Shown here: positions 31,815-49,797 of the stretch, piece by piece
Layout: each line of letters starts with the position of its first letter
Numbering within the stretch: position 1 is the stretch's first letter
NCBI GenBank assembly: GCA_963763495.1
Contig: CAVXOY010000020.1
Span: 24,213-88,212, forward strand
Length of the DNA: 64,000 nt
Direction: 5' to 3'
Source of the DNA: an uncultured Chloroflexia bacterium
GTDB lineage: Bacteria > Chloroflexota > Dehalococcoidia > DSTF01 > JALHUB01
Made by a program: the position numbers and the translations under genes
Notes under the pieces: model-generated
Told to the model about the DNA's origin: nothing
Seen by the model: the letters and a program-made list of their open reading frames with translations, nothing else
Databases searched by the model: none

Positions 31815-32450
31815 TTAGTCGAAGAGCCGGTCGATCAGTCCTAGGCTGGCCACCCCGGTCGCCGCTATCAGTATGTCCTTGACTGTCTTGCCCAGCCAGA
31901 CCGAGAGGAAGAAGCGCCCCCAGGACATCCTCGTCGCTCCCGCGATTATCCCAGCGACGTCGAATATCGGGTTGGGGATGGCAGAGAAGACGAACATCGT
32001 GATCGTGCCGTGGCGTTCCATCCAGCTCTGCACGAAGCGGTAGAAGCCCCGATTCTGGATCGCGGCGCTGCCGCCGTACCCTGCCGCATATCCGGTGAAC
32101 TCACCTATTGCCTCCCCCAGGCCCGCGACCAGCCCCACGAGTATCGGCGTCGGTATCCCGAGCAGCGGGTCGAGCAGGACGCCGCCACCAAAGACGGCGG
32201 CAATGCTGGGAGTCGGCAGGAAGATGGAGGCTGCTCCAATCAGACTGATGGCGAAGACGCCCAGATAGCCATAGGTCCGCAGCTTTGCGATGTCGAGCTC
32301 GAAGTAGAAGAAGGCGAAGGCGATGGCGGTGACGAGAATGACCGCCGCCACCAGCAAGGCGTAGTCACTTTGCCAGAGAATCCCTGTCTTACCCCTGATT
32401 GTGAGAGGGGCCGTCTCCGGTAGCGGCCGGTCGTCTTCGGGTTGGGTCAT
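31815..32450 (-). CDS. VTT/DedA-superfamily membrane protein
   Basis: YGYLGVF, GEFTGYAAGYGG, IPNPIFDVAGIIAG, FFLSVWLGK. Confidence 0.8.
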   Translation of the reverse strand: MTQPEDDRPLPETAPLTIRGKTGILWQSDYALLVAAVILVTAIAFAFFYFELDIAKLRTYGYLGVFAISLIGAASIFLPTPSIAAVFGGGVLLDPLLGIPTPILVGLVAGLGEAIGEFTGYAAGYGGSAAIQNRGFYRFVQSWMERHGTITMFVFSAIPNPIFDVAGIIAGATRMSWGRFFLSVWLGKTVKDILIAATGVASLGLIDRLFD

Positions 32451-32599
32451 GCTGTCCCATTTGTGGTTTTGTCGAGATTGCCTAACGGAAGCCTAACCTT
32501 CGCTTCTCCGGCAAGTCAAGGGCCAAGGCCATGCTTCGATGATGTGTGCGCAAATTGCCCGCGCCTACCCCTTCGGCTATGATGATCTTGTATTCGGCG

Positions 32600-34486
32600 A
32601 TGGAGAAAGTACGTCAGGACATGCAGGACATAGACCGCATTCTCGCCAAGGTGAACCGGCCGGCTCGCTATGTCGGCGGCGAGTGGAACTCAATCGTGAA
32701 GGACTGGGAGGCCACAGGGATACGCATTCTCCTCGCCTTTCCCGACATCTACGACATCGGCATGTCCAACCTGGGGCTGGCCATCCTCTACGACATCCTA
32801 AATGCTCAGCCCGACGTCCTGGCCGAGCGCGCCTACGCCCCTTGGACCGACATGGAAGCGGAGCTGCGTGCCGCTGCCGTTCCCCTCTTCAGTTTGGAGA
32901 CCCGCCATCCGCTGCGTGAGTTCGATGTCATCGGCTTCTCTCTCGGCTATGAGTTGACCTACTCCAACGTCCTCAACATGCTCGATCTGGCGGGCGTTCC
33001 CCTGCTCGCCGCAGAGAGAGACGGCTCGCATCCCCTGGTGATCGCCGGTGGCACCGCAGCCCTGAACCCGGAACCCATGGCTGACTTCATCGACGCCTTT
33101 GTCCTCGGCGACGGTGAGGACGTGGTGCTCGAGATCGTCGAGGTCTTGAGGCAGGGGAAGGTCAGAGACGGTGTCTCTCGCCCCGACCTCCTGCGCCGTC
33201 TGGCGGCCGTTCCCGGCGTCTATGTGCCCAGCTTGTATCAAGTCGACTATCACGACGACGGCACCGTCCGCCGTCTGGAGCCGATTGACCCCGCGGCGCC
33301 GCGGAAGGTGTCCCGGCGTTTCGTGGAACCCTTGCCGCCGCCGCCCTTGCGGCCCATCGTCCCCTTTCTCCAGACCGTCCACGACCGGGCGGCGGTCGAG
33401 ATCCAGCGCGGGTGCACGCAGGGCTGCCGGTTCTGTCAAGCAGGCATCGTCTACAGGCCGCGGCTGGAGCGGGAATGCGACGAGGTGATAGCGGCGGCGC
33501 GGGAGATCATCGCCAACACCGGGCACAGCGAACTGGCCCTCCTCTCCCTCAGCACTGCCGACCACTCCCAGATCACGCAGATAATCGAGGGACTGCGAGG
33601 ATGCTTCGAAAAGCCACTGGCCATCGCCCTGCCCAGCTTGCGTGTCGATAGCTTCTCCGTCAGCGTCGCTGCCGCCGCCAGTGGTCAGGGCAAGCACAAC
33701 ATCACTTTCGCCCCCGAGGCGGGCAGCCAGCGTCTCCGCGACTGTATCAACAAGACGACAACTGAGGATGACCTCTTGCAGGCGGCGGAGGCGGCCTTCA
33801 GTCACGGCTGGACCAGCGTGAAACTCTACTTCATGGTTGGCCTGCCTACCGAGACGCTCGATGACGTTCAGGGCATCATCGATCTCGCCGCCGCTGTGAA
33901 GGAGATAGGCCGCCGCCATCACGGGGGAAGGGCGCAGGTGCGCGTCAGCACCTCCAATTTCATCCCCAAGCCGCACACGCCCTTTCAGTGGGCGCCTCAG
34001 ATGGGCTTCGCTGAACTTCGGCTGCGTCACGACTACCTCCGGCGGGGCCTCAAGCGTGTCGGTGTCGCCTTCTCCTGGGAAGAGCCGGAGCAAAGCCTCC
34101 TCGAGGCTGTCCTCTCGCGCGGCGACCGCCGTCTCGGTCGCGTGATCCATCGCGCCTGGCAGGCTGGGGCCCGTTTCGACGCCTGGAACGAGGTCTCCGA
34201 CCGGTCGCTCTGGCAGGCCGCCCTGGCGGTGGAACACCTTGATCCCTCGTTCTACGCCCACCGCGAGCGCGACGCCTCCGAGACACTCCCCTGGTCTCAC
34301 ATCGACGTCGGCGTCACCACCGCTTATCTCCGCGGTGAATGGCAGAAGGCGCTCGAAGGTCTTACGACTCCCGACTGCCGGAAGAGCCCCTGCAACGTCT
34401 GCGGTCTGCAGACGGGCGAGTCCCAGCGCTGCGCCGCCAAGCTGGCTGAGCGGGCCACGACGGGACGGCGGCAGCGCCCGGCCTAG
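32600..34486 (+). CDS. TIGR03960-like B12-binding radical SAM protein
   Basis: PARYVGGE, FPDIYDIGMSNLG, RGCTQGCRFC, APEAGSQRLR, YFMVGLPTET. Start uncertain (32546-32621). Confidence 0.88.
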   Translation: MEKVRQDMQDIDRILAKVNRPARYVGGEWNSIVKDWEATGIRILLAFPDIYDIGMSNLGLAILYDILNAQPDVLAERAYAPWTDMEAELRAAAVPLFSLETRHPLREFDVIGFSLGYELTYSNVLNMLDLAGVPLLAAERDGSHPLVIAGGTAALNPEPMADFIDAFVLGDGEDVVLEIVEVLRQGKVRDGVSRPDLLRRLAAVPGVYVPSLYQVDYHDDGTVRRLEPIDPAAPRKVSRRFVEPLPPPPLRPIVPFLQTVHDRAAVEIQRGCTQGCRFCQAGIVYRPRLERECDEVIAAAREIIANTGHSELALLSLSTADHSQITQIIEGLRGCFEKPLAIALPSLRVDSFSVSVAAAASGQGKHNITFAPEAGSQRLRDCINKTTTEDDLLQAAEAAFSHGWTSVKLYFMVGLPTETLDDVQGIIDLAAAVKEIGRRHHGGRAQVRVSTSNFIPKPHTPFQWAPQMGFAELRLRHDYLRRGLKRVGVAFSWEEPEQSLLEAVLSRGDRRLGRVIHRAWQAGARFDAWNEVSDRSLWQAALAVEHLDPSFYAHRERDASETLPWSHIDVGVTTAYLRGEWQKALEGLTTPDCRKSPCNVCGLQTGESQRCAAKLAERATTGRRQRPA

Positions 34487-34558
34487 GCCCGGCTGGAACT
34501 CTCCAGATATTCTGACGATTTCTTGGCTTTCTCGCGTGATCTTCTGCTCATTTGGGGG

Positions 34559-34608
34559 TTGACAAGGCAGGACGAGTGTGTTATCTTTATCACGAACGAA
34601 CGCTCGTT
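34559..34608 (+). promoter_or_regulatory. TetR gene promoter with probable autoregulatory operator
   Basis: TTGACA-17 nt-TATCTT with TGn, followed by inverted repeat AACGA-ACGC-TCGTT (34595-34608). Confidence 0.65.
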
Positions 34609-34652
34609 TTTAAAATCGAATAGTTATTTCCTGCCAGGGTCAATAGAGTGCC

Positions 34653-35237
34653 ATGCCGAAAATGAGCAACGCTCACCTGGAAGCCCGCACCAGCGAGATA
34701 CTGGATGCGGCTGAAACGTGCTTCCTCCGCAAGGGGATCCACCCGACGACGATGCACGATATCTGCGAGGAAGCTCACCTGAGCCCCGGCGCCGTCTACC
34801 GCTACTTCAAGAGCAAGGAAGACCTCATCGATGCTGTGGCGGAGCGGCGGAGTCTCCAGGAGATGGAGGTCATCAACGAGGCGAAGGCGCAGACGTCCCA
34901 GGCAAGCGAGGCTCTGGCAATCTTGGCTGACCGTTTCTGGGGTCAATTCCGGAGGGACGATTTCGAACACTGGGCTCGCCTGGACATCGAAATCTGGCCG
35001 GAAGCCCTGCGCAACAAGAGGCAGCGGGAGCGGGCAAGACAGCAGCGGGCGGCCTTCCGCTCTGCTCTGACCGACGTCTGCCGCCTGGCCATCGAGCAGG
35101 GGACGATAAGCCCCGACACTGACCCCGAGGTCGTGGCCACGATGCTGATGTCCCTGTACCGGGGCTTGCAGCTACACAAGGCGATTGACCCCACGGGGGT
35201 GGACACTGACGAGGTATTGCGGGCCCTCCGCATTTAG
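34653..35237 (+). CDS. TetR/AcrR family regulator
   Basis: ILDAAETCFLRKG..TTMHDICEEAHLSPGAVYRYFKSKEDL. Confidence 0.93.
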   Translation: MPKMSNAHLEARTSEILDAAETCFLRKGIHPTTMHDICEEAHLSPGAVYRYFKSKEDLIDAVAERRSLQEMEVINEAKAQTSQASEALAILADRFWGQFRRDDFEHWARLDIEIWPEALRNKRQRERARQQRAAFRSALTDVCRLAIEQGTISPDTDPEVVATMLMSLYRGLQLHKAIDPTGVDTDEVLRALRI

Positions 35238-35345
35238 TCTGACATATAGATACGAAGAGGGTAGCGCCCGGGGGGCCCGCGATCTCAAACGAATATGCAG
35301 CCGGCGCTCGCAAAGAGAAGCGCCATCAAGAGGAGAAGTCCCGTG

Positions 35346-35543
35346 TTGGACCCGATCAGCATCGACTACTACTACAGAGCACTAGCGCAGGATCTTGACC
35401 GTGAGGTGGAGCGCATGCTCCTGACGATCAGAGCGGAGAAGGGCTGTCGGCAGTGTGCTGGCGTCACGTCAGTGCAGTCGGGGTCCGAGGAGCATCGCCA
35501 CCGGACTGGCCCTGGTCTGAATCTGAGTCCAGCCGGCAAATAA
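35346..35543 (+). CDS. Small hypothetical protein
   Basis: SD AGGAG before GTG/TTG; helical DYYYRALAQDLDREVERMLL, then CRQC; followed by a terminator. Confidence 0.4.
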   Translation: MDPISIDYYYRALAQDLDREVERMLLTIRAEKGCRQCAGVTSVQSGSEEHRHRTGPGLNLSPAGK

Positions 35544-35587
35544 GTCTTGCAGTCCTCGCTTCAGCAGCGAGGTTATTCCCCGCCACA

Positions 35588-35621
35588 AGAAAGCCTCGGT
35601 TCGTCAAAACCGAGGCTTTCT
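35588..35621. terminator. Bidirectional terminator after rpoC
   Basis: AGAAAGCCTCGGTT-CGTCAA-AACCGAGGCTTTCT perfect inverted repeat. Confidence 0.85.
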
Positions 35622-35652
35622 CCTTGTGTCAGCAGTTAGGAAATGAGACCGG

Positions 35653-43950
<8,298 letters not shown>

Positions 43951-44061
43951 GAAACTCTCCTCACGAGGTCTAGATTCCGGAATTCCTTGTGGTCAGGTAA
44001 CAGACGCTATTGGTCCTTTGGGGAACGAAAGATAAGGGGGTTTTCTGTCCAGCCGAAGTCC

Positions 44062-44117
44062 AGTATAACCCATTCCATCCAAAACGTCAATTATACAGTA
44101 TTCTACTGGGAACGCAA
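44062..44117 (-). promoter_or_regulatory. Tandem promoters of rpoBC
   Basis: TTGCGT-16 nt-TATAAT overlapping TTGACG-17 nt-TATACT. Confidence 0.7.
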
Positions 44118-44219
44118 CATTGCTATTAGGGAATCCCCGACTAATCCTGCTTCTCGCCATCTCTCTCAGCGCCTGCTACAATCGGGGGCAAGAGTCTGGA
44201 TGATCTCTCGGGAGGCTGA

Positions 44220-44753
44220 ATGGCTACCAGCCCCGCAAAGAAGTCTCTGGTGATCGTCTTCACCGGCAAGGGCAAGGGAAAGACCTCCGCTGCCCTGGGT
44301 ATCCTCCTTCGCGCCTGGGGACGCGACCTGCGCGTCGTCATGCTCTCCTTCATCAAGGCGAAGACCGGCAACTATGGGGAGCACCGGGCAGCTAGAAAGA
44401 TGGGCGTGGAGATCATCCCCCTGGGCGCCGGCTACACTTGGCTCTCCAAAGACATCGAAGAGGACAAGGCGCTGGCCCGGCAGGGCTGGCAACTGGCCCA
44501 GGAGAAGATCGTCTCCGGCCAGTACGACATCGTTATCCTGGACGAATTCACCTACCCGTTGGCGTACGGCTGGTTGCCTGTGGATGAGGTGATCGATTTC
44601 CTGCGCCGCCGCCCGGAGAACGTGCACATTGTGATCACCGGCTACGATGCTCCGCCGCCCCTGGTCGAGTTCGCCGACCTGGTGACGGAGATGATGGTAG
44701 TCAAGCACCCTTATCACGAGAATGTGGAGGCTATGCCCGGCATCGATTTCTGA
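44220..44753 (+). CDS. cobO: Cob(I)yrinic acid a,c-diamide adenosyltransferase (CobO/BtuR)
   Basis: TGKGKGKTSAALG, ILDE, ADLVTEM..KHPY, GIDF. Confidence 0.92.
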   Translation: MATSPAKKSLVIVFTGKGKGKTSAALGILLRAWGRDLRVVMLSFIKAKTGNYGEHRAARKMGVEIIPLGAGYTWLSKDIEEDKALARQGWQLAQEKIVSGQYDIVILDEFTYPLAYGWLPVDEVIDFLRRRPENVHIVITGYDAPPPLVEFADLVTEMMVVKHPYHENVEAMPGIDF

Positions 44754-44775
44754 TGTCTTTGCTGGCAAGGTGTGA

Positions 44776-45532
44776 TTGGTGATACCCGTCGGCGACAGCG
44801 TTAGCTCCCGCACTTTCCCCTACGTCAATCTGGCGATTATCGCCGTTAACCTGCTCGTCTTTGCCTACGAGCTCTTGTTGGGCAGCGAGGTTCAGCGTAA
44901 CCAGTTCCTCTGCGACTGGGGGACCATCCCCCGCGACGTGACCAACCTCTTCGCTCCGCCCAGCCGGCCTGAGGTCGCATTAGGCCCGTGCGGCTTCTCG
45001 TCTTCGGAAGTCGGAGTTGACGTTCTCCTCCGTCCCTTTACCTCGATGTTCATGCACGCCGGCTGGTTTCATATCCTGGGGAACATGCTCTTCCTGTGGA
45101 TATTCGGCGACAACGTGGAGGACGCCCTGGGCCATGTCCGCTACCTGCTCTTCTATCTGCTCTGCGGGCTGGGAGCGGCCGCCGCCCACATTCTGATGTC
45201 TCCCGACAGCCTCTTGCCGGCGGTGGGGGCCAGCGGCGCTATCGCCGGTGTGATGGGTGCCTACCTTGTCCTCTACCCGAAGGCGAACATCGCCGTGCTC
45301 ATCCCCTGTGTTCATCCTTCTGGGCACCTTCTCCATCCCGGCTATCGTCCTGATCGGGATTTGGTTCCTGATGCAGCTTCTCAGTGGTATCGCATCTATC
45401 GGCTACGCGACCGGTGGTGGTGGTGGAGTAGCGTGGTGGGCACACGTCGGGGGGTTCCTAGTCGGCATGCTGCTGATCACTGTCTTCCGCCCCCGCCGCC
45501 GCTCTCGTCCCCGTCCGCTGCGCTACTACTGA
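44776..45532 (+). CDS. Rhomboid intramembrane serine protease, frameshifted near 45307
   Basis: MFMHAGWFHILGNM, FGDNVED, GASG, VAWWAHVGGF. Confidence 0.9.
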
Positions 45533-45619
45533 ACGTTGTCCTGATAGGGTAGCGTGGCCGGCGCTGGGATGTAAGGTATGGCTTCAGCCTTAATCAATGG
45601 CTTCCTGCCGAGATAGGGC

Positions 45620-46795
45620 TCATTGCCCTGCCGAGAGTTCCCACTCTGTCAACTGGGCGTCGAGGGTGATCTCTTCCCCATCGCGCACTATGTGCAGCTT
45701 AACGGTGTCGCCGGGCTGCTTCGTGTCGATGTAGTCGGCTAGCTGCTCGAAGGTCGCCACGTCCTGGTCGTCGATCCTGACGATGACGTCGCCGCCGGTG
45801 GGAGTGGCCAGCGGGTCCTCGCTTGTGCCGCCCGTTGCCCCCTTTACCCCCGCCCGTCCGGCGGCGCTGTTGGAGTCGACCTCCACCACGTACACGCCCT
45901 TGTCCACCCCTATGTTTAGGCTCTCGGCCAGGTCAGATGTGAGAGTCCGTCCGGCGATGCCCAGCCGGGCATGACTCACAGTCTTGCCCGCCAGCATGTC
46001 GGACAGGGAGAGCTTGGCTGTGTTGATCGGTATCGCGTAGCCCACTCCCACGAAAACCCCTCCCCCTGTCGGGTTCTCCAGGGCTGAGTTGATGCCTATT
46101 ACCTCGCCTCGAGAGTTGACAAGAGGTCCGCCCGAGTTGCCGGGGTTGATCGCGGCGTCCGTCTGGATGAGCTGCCGAATAGGGCGCTGCCCTGTCTGAG
46201 ACAATGTGCGGTCGAGGCCGCTGATGATCCCCTCTGTCACCGTTCCCTCTAGCCCAAACGGGTTTCCGATGGCGATGACGGTCTCCCCGATGCGTATCTT
46301 GTCGGAATCACCGAGGACTGCCGGTGTGAGCTTCTCCGCCGGCAGATCAGCCTTGATGACGGCCAAGTCGCTGTTGGGGTCGCTTCCCACCAGTTCGGCG
46401 CTGCCCGTGGTCTCGTCTCCAAGCGTCACCTGTAACTGTTGTGCGTTGGCCACCACGTGGTAGTTGGTCAGGATGTGGCCTTCCTTGTCGAGGACGACGC
46501 CGGAGCCCAGACCCTCGCTGGGGGTGCTGCCCAAGAGGCCCGAAGACGTGGAGACCGTCAATATGCGCACGACCGAGGGCCTGACCTGTTCGTAGAGGTC
46601 GGCGACGTCGCTTTGACCGATTCCTGTTCCCTGGGTCCCGGCCGCTGTCGTAGCCATTGCCGCTGGTGTCGCTGTCGCATCCGATTCTGAGTCCGACGAT
46701 GACTGACAGCCGACGACGATGGTTCCGGCAAGAGCCACGCCCAGCGCGATGACCATGACGATAAGGATATTCCGTATCAATGCGCTCTTCCTCAT
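45620..46795 (-). CDS. htrA: HtrA/DegP-like serine protease with PDZ domain, probable lipoprotein
   Basis: TNYHV, DLAVIK, IQTDAAINPGNSGGPL, PDZ; IVVGC lipobox. Confidence 0.93.
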   Translation of the reverse strand: MRKSALIRNILIVMVIALGVALAGTIVVGCQSSSDSESDATATPAAMATTAAGTQGTGIGQSDVADLYEQVRPSVVRILTVSTSSGLLGSTPSEGLGSGVVLDKEGHILTNYHVVANAQQLQVTLGDETTGSAELVGSDPNSDLAVIKADLPAEKLTPAVLGDSDKIRIGETVIAIGNPFGLEGTVTEGIISGLDRTLSQTGQRPIRQLIQTDAAINPGNSGGPLVNSRGEVIGINSALENPTGGGVFVGVGYAIPINTAKLSLSDMLAGKTVSHARLGIAGRTLTSDLAESLNIGVDKGVYVVEVDSNSAAGRAGVKGATGGTSEDPLATPTGGDVIVRIDDQDVATFEQLADYIDTKQPGDTVKLHIVRDGEEITLDAQLTEWELSAGQ

Positions 46796-47109
46796 GTTCT
46801 CCTAACCCCCTCTTCCCAAGGGAATCCTCTTAGCTGGATCTCCCCCTAATATCGTCGCTGTTGTTGCTTGGGGCTTTGTTAGACGTCGGTGAAATAACTG
46901 TTAAACCGCTTTGAAATCGAAGATGGCGCTGCCGCAACCGAAATAGCCATCACCAACTACACTAGCGCACGTGAATACCCTTGTCCATACAAGAGAAGCT
47001 GCAGACAATAGCGGCTGCATCCCTCTTAGTGGCCTCCTGCCGCTGTTGTCCCCCTCCAGAGCAGATGGTACAATCGGGCTCGCAATTGCCACGTTTAGGT
47101 GTTATTGAA

Positions 47110-48001
47110 TTGTCTCCCAAGAAGGTCCTCTTACGCGTCCCCGCCACGTCGGCTAACCTCGGCCCCGGCTTCGACTGCCTGGGGCTCGCCCTCGATCTCT
47201 GGGCGCAGTTCACGATCGAGGCGCACGATACTGCCGTACCGCCGCCGGACGATCTCCTGCTGGCCGAGGTGCTGGCGGCTGCGTCCGCCTACTACGCCGC
47301 TGCCGCCGTTCCGGCAGCCGGTGGGTCTCTCCCTTTCTTGGCAGGGAGACCTGCCCGTGGCGCGGGGCCTCGGCGCCAGCGCTGTCGCTCGAGCGGCCGG
47401 ACTCGTGGGCGCCAACGCCCTTGCCGGTGGGCCCCTGAGCCTGGAGGAGTTGCTCCCGATTGGCGCTCAACTGGAGCATCACGCCGACAACATCGCCCCC
47501 GCTCTTCTCGGCGGTCTCCAGGTCGCGGTTTGGGAGGGACAAATGGTAACGCACGTGTCCGTGCCCCTGCCACCGGGGCTGAAGATCGTCCTTCTCGTCC
47601 CCGAGCGCACGATGCCTACCGACGAGAGCCGTCGCCTGTTGCCGTCGCCGGTGCCCCGCGACGATGCCGTCTTCAATGTCGGGCGTGTCGCCCTTCTGGT
47701 TGCGGCCGTTGCGGCGGGTCGCCTCGATCTGCTCGACATGGCCACCGCTGATCGCCTCCATCAACCGGCGCGGTCGCAGCTCCTGCCGGGAATGAACGAG
47801 ATAATGGCGGCTGCTCGGCAGGCGGGCGCCGTGTGCGCCTACCTCTCCGGCGGTGGCTCGACGATCGCTGCCTGGACGCTGAAAGATGAGGAGAAGATCG
47901 CCGACGCCATGCGCCGGGCGGCTGACATCGCCGGCAGCAGCGGCAGGACTATTATCACCCGGCCCAGCGAGCGCGGGGCGGAAGTAGTAAGTAGGGAGTA
48001 A
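47110..48001 (+). CDS. thrB: Homoserine kinase, frameshifted near 47311
   Basis: [44 protein letters not shown]. Confidence 0.93.
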
Positions 48002-48012
48002 ACGGGTCGATC

Positions 48013-49239
48013 ATGGGTATCATTGTTCAGAAGTACGGCGGAAGCTCCCTGGCTGACGCCGAGAAAATCAGGAACGTGGCCCGCCGCATCGTCGCCCGCA
48101 AGGAACAGGGCAACGACATGGTCGTCGCCGTGTCCGCCATGGGCAAGACGACCGATCAGCTTAACGAGCTGGCGCACCAGGTCAGCGATGCCCCTGAGGA
48201 CAGGGAGATGGACGTTCTCATGTCCACCGGCGAGACCGTCTCCAGCGCCCTCATGGTGATGGCCCTCCACGGAATGGGCTACGACGCGATCAGCCTCAGC
48301 GGCGGTCAGGCGGGCATTAGGACAGACAAGGTACACCGCAAGGCGCGCATCCTGGCAATCAACCCCAAGAGGATTCACGCGGAGCTTGACAAGAAACGCA
48401 TCGTCATCGTCGCCGGCTTTCAGGGGCTGACCCACGACGCGGACATGGACATCACCACTCTGGGTCGCGGCGCCTCCGACACGACGGCCGTCGCCCTGGC
48501 GGCAGCGCTTGAGGCCACGAGCTGCGAGATCTACACCGACGTCGAAGGTGTCTATACAGCCGACCCTCGCATCGTTTCCGAGGCCCGCAAGCTCGACGAG
48601 ATCAGCTACGACGAGATGCTGGAGCTGGCGAGCGTCGGCGCCAAGGTGATGCACTCGCGGGCCGTCGAGCTGGGCGCAGTGTATAACGTCCCCATCCTGG
48701 TCGCCTCCAGCTTCAGGGAGGTGCCCGGTACCCTAATTCACGGAGGTGTTTCTGTGGAGCAGTTCAAGAAGGTCCGCGGCATCGCCCATGACCTCGACGT
48801 AGCCAAGCTTACTATCAGAGGCGTGCCCGACCAGCCGGGAATCGCCGCCGCCATCTTCGATCCCCTGGCTGACGCCCACATCTCGGTGGATACCATCGTC
48901 CAGAACGCCAGCGAGGAGAGACTAACCGACCTCACTTTCACCATCTCCCGCAACGACCTGCGGCGGGCCCTTCCCATCGTGGAGCAGACCGCCGGAAGGA
49001 TAGGAGCGCGGGAGGTGGTGGCCGACGACAAGCTGGGCAAGGTTAGTATCGTGGGGACGGGAATGCAGAGCGGGCCCGGCTATGCCTCGCTGATGTTCCG
49101 TACCCTCTCCGAGCAGGGCATCAACATCGAGATGATCTCCACCAGCGAGATCCGCATCACCTGCATAATCAGCGAAGACCGGGTGCAAGACGCCGTACGG
49201 GCTCTCCACAAGGCGTTTGCTCTTGAGTCGGGCGAGTAG
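48013..49239 (+). CDS. lysC: Aspartate kinase
   Basis: QKYGGSS, TTLGRGASDTTA, YTDVEGVYTADPR, two ACT domains. Confidence 0.96.
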   Translation: MGIIVQKYGGSSLADAEKIRNVARRIVARKEQGNDMVVAVSAMGKTTDQLNELAHQVSDAPEDREMDVLMSTGETVSSALMVMALHGMGYDAISLSGGQAGIRTDKVHRKARILAINPKRIHAELDKKRIVIVAGFQGLTHDADMDITTLGRGASDTTAVALAAALEATSCEIYTDVEGVYTADPRIVSEARKLDEISYDEMLELASVGAKVMHSRAVELGAVYNVPILVASSFREVPGTLIHGGVSVEQFKKVRGIAHDLDVAKLTIRGVPDQPGIAAAIFDPLADAHISVDTIVQNASEERLTDLTFTISRNDLRRALPIVEQTAGRIGAREVVADDKLGKVSIVGTGMQSGPGYASLMFRTLSEQGINIEMISTSEIRITCIISEDRVQDAVRALHKAFALESGE

Positions 49240-49268
49240 CGACCAAGACGGAATACAGACGCCAATAA

Positions 49269-49299
49269 GACAAGGGGTGTCGAGATCGACACCCCTTGT
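49269..49299. terminator. Bidirectional terminator
   Basis: ACAAGGGGTGTCGA-GA-TCGACACCCCTTGT inverted repeat between convergent genes. Confidence 0.85.
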
Positions 49300-49320
49300 T
49301 GCTTGTTGAACCTGAGCCTC

Positions 49321-49590
49321 TTACTTGAACTCGGACCAGTCCACGTCTTCCAAGCCCACCGCCTCGACTCCCGCCAGCTCCGGAACCTCCTCCGCCAGCA
49401 CGCGCTCGATGCCCATCTTGAGCGTTATCTGGCTCATCGGACAGCCGTTGCAGGCCCCCTCCAGTTGGAGGCGGGCGATATTGTCGGGAGTAATCTCCAC
49501 GAGGGTCACGTCGCCGCCGTGGGACATGAGGGAGGGCCGGATCGCCTCCAGCACCTCTTGTACCTTAGCTCTGAGACCGTTTTCTGCCAC
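49321..49590 (-). CDS. NifU/NfuA-like Fe-S carrier domain protein
   Basis: IRPSLMSHGGDV, LEGACNGCPMSQITLKMGIE; GTG after GGAG. Confidence 0.9.
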   Translation of the reverse strand: MAENGLRAKVQEVLEAIRPSLMSHGGDVTLVEITPDNIARLQLEGACNGCPMSQITLKMGIERVLAEEVPELAGVEAVGLEDVDWSEFK

Positions 49591-49797
49591 GGGAATCTCC
49601 AAATCTACTTTCTGCTCTAGCCTACAGATCCAGCGTAGCACGGGGTTAGACGCCTCGTCAAACCCGACGGCTGCTCTGTCGGATTCCCCTCGCGACGGAG
49701 CCTCCAACATCCTCCAAGAAGTGAAGAAAATGAACATAAGTTGCAGCCGCTGCCGACCCGCCGCTGCTATAATGGGCGGGGCAAACCCCGGAGACAA

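Noticed and set aside
32798-34300. Long antisense ORFs (also 37757..38965, 49846..51045, 51658..52722)
   Set aside because: Shadow frames of GC-rich genes with no recognisable motifs.
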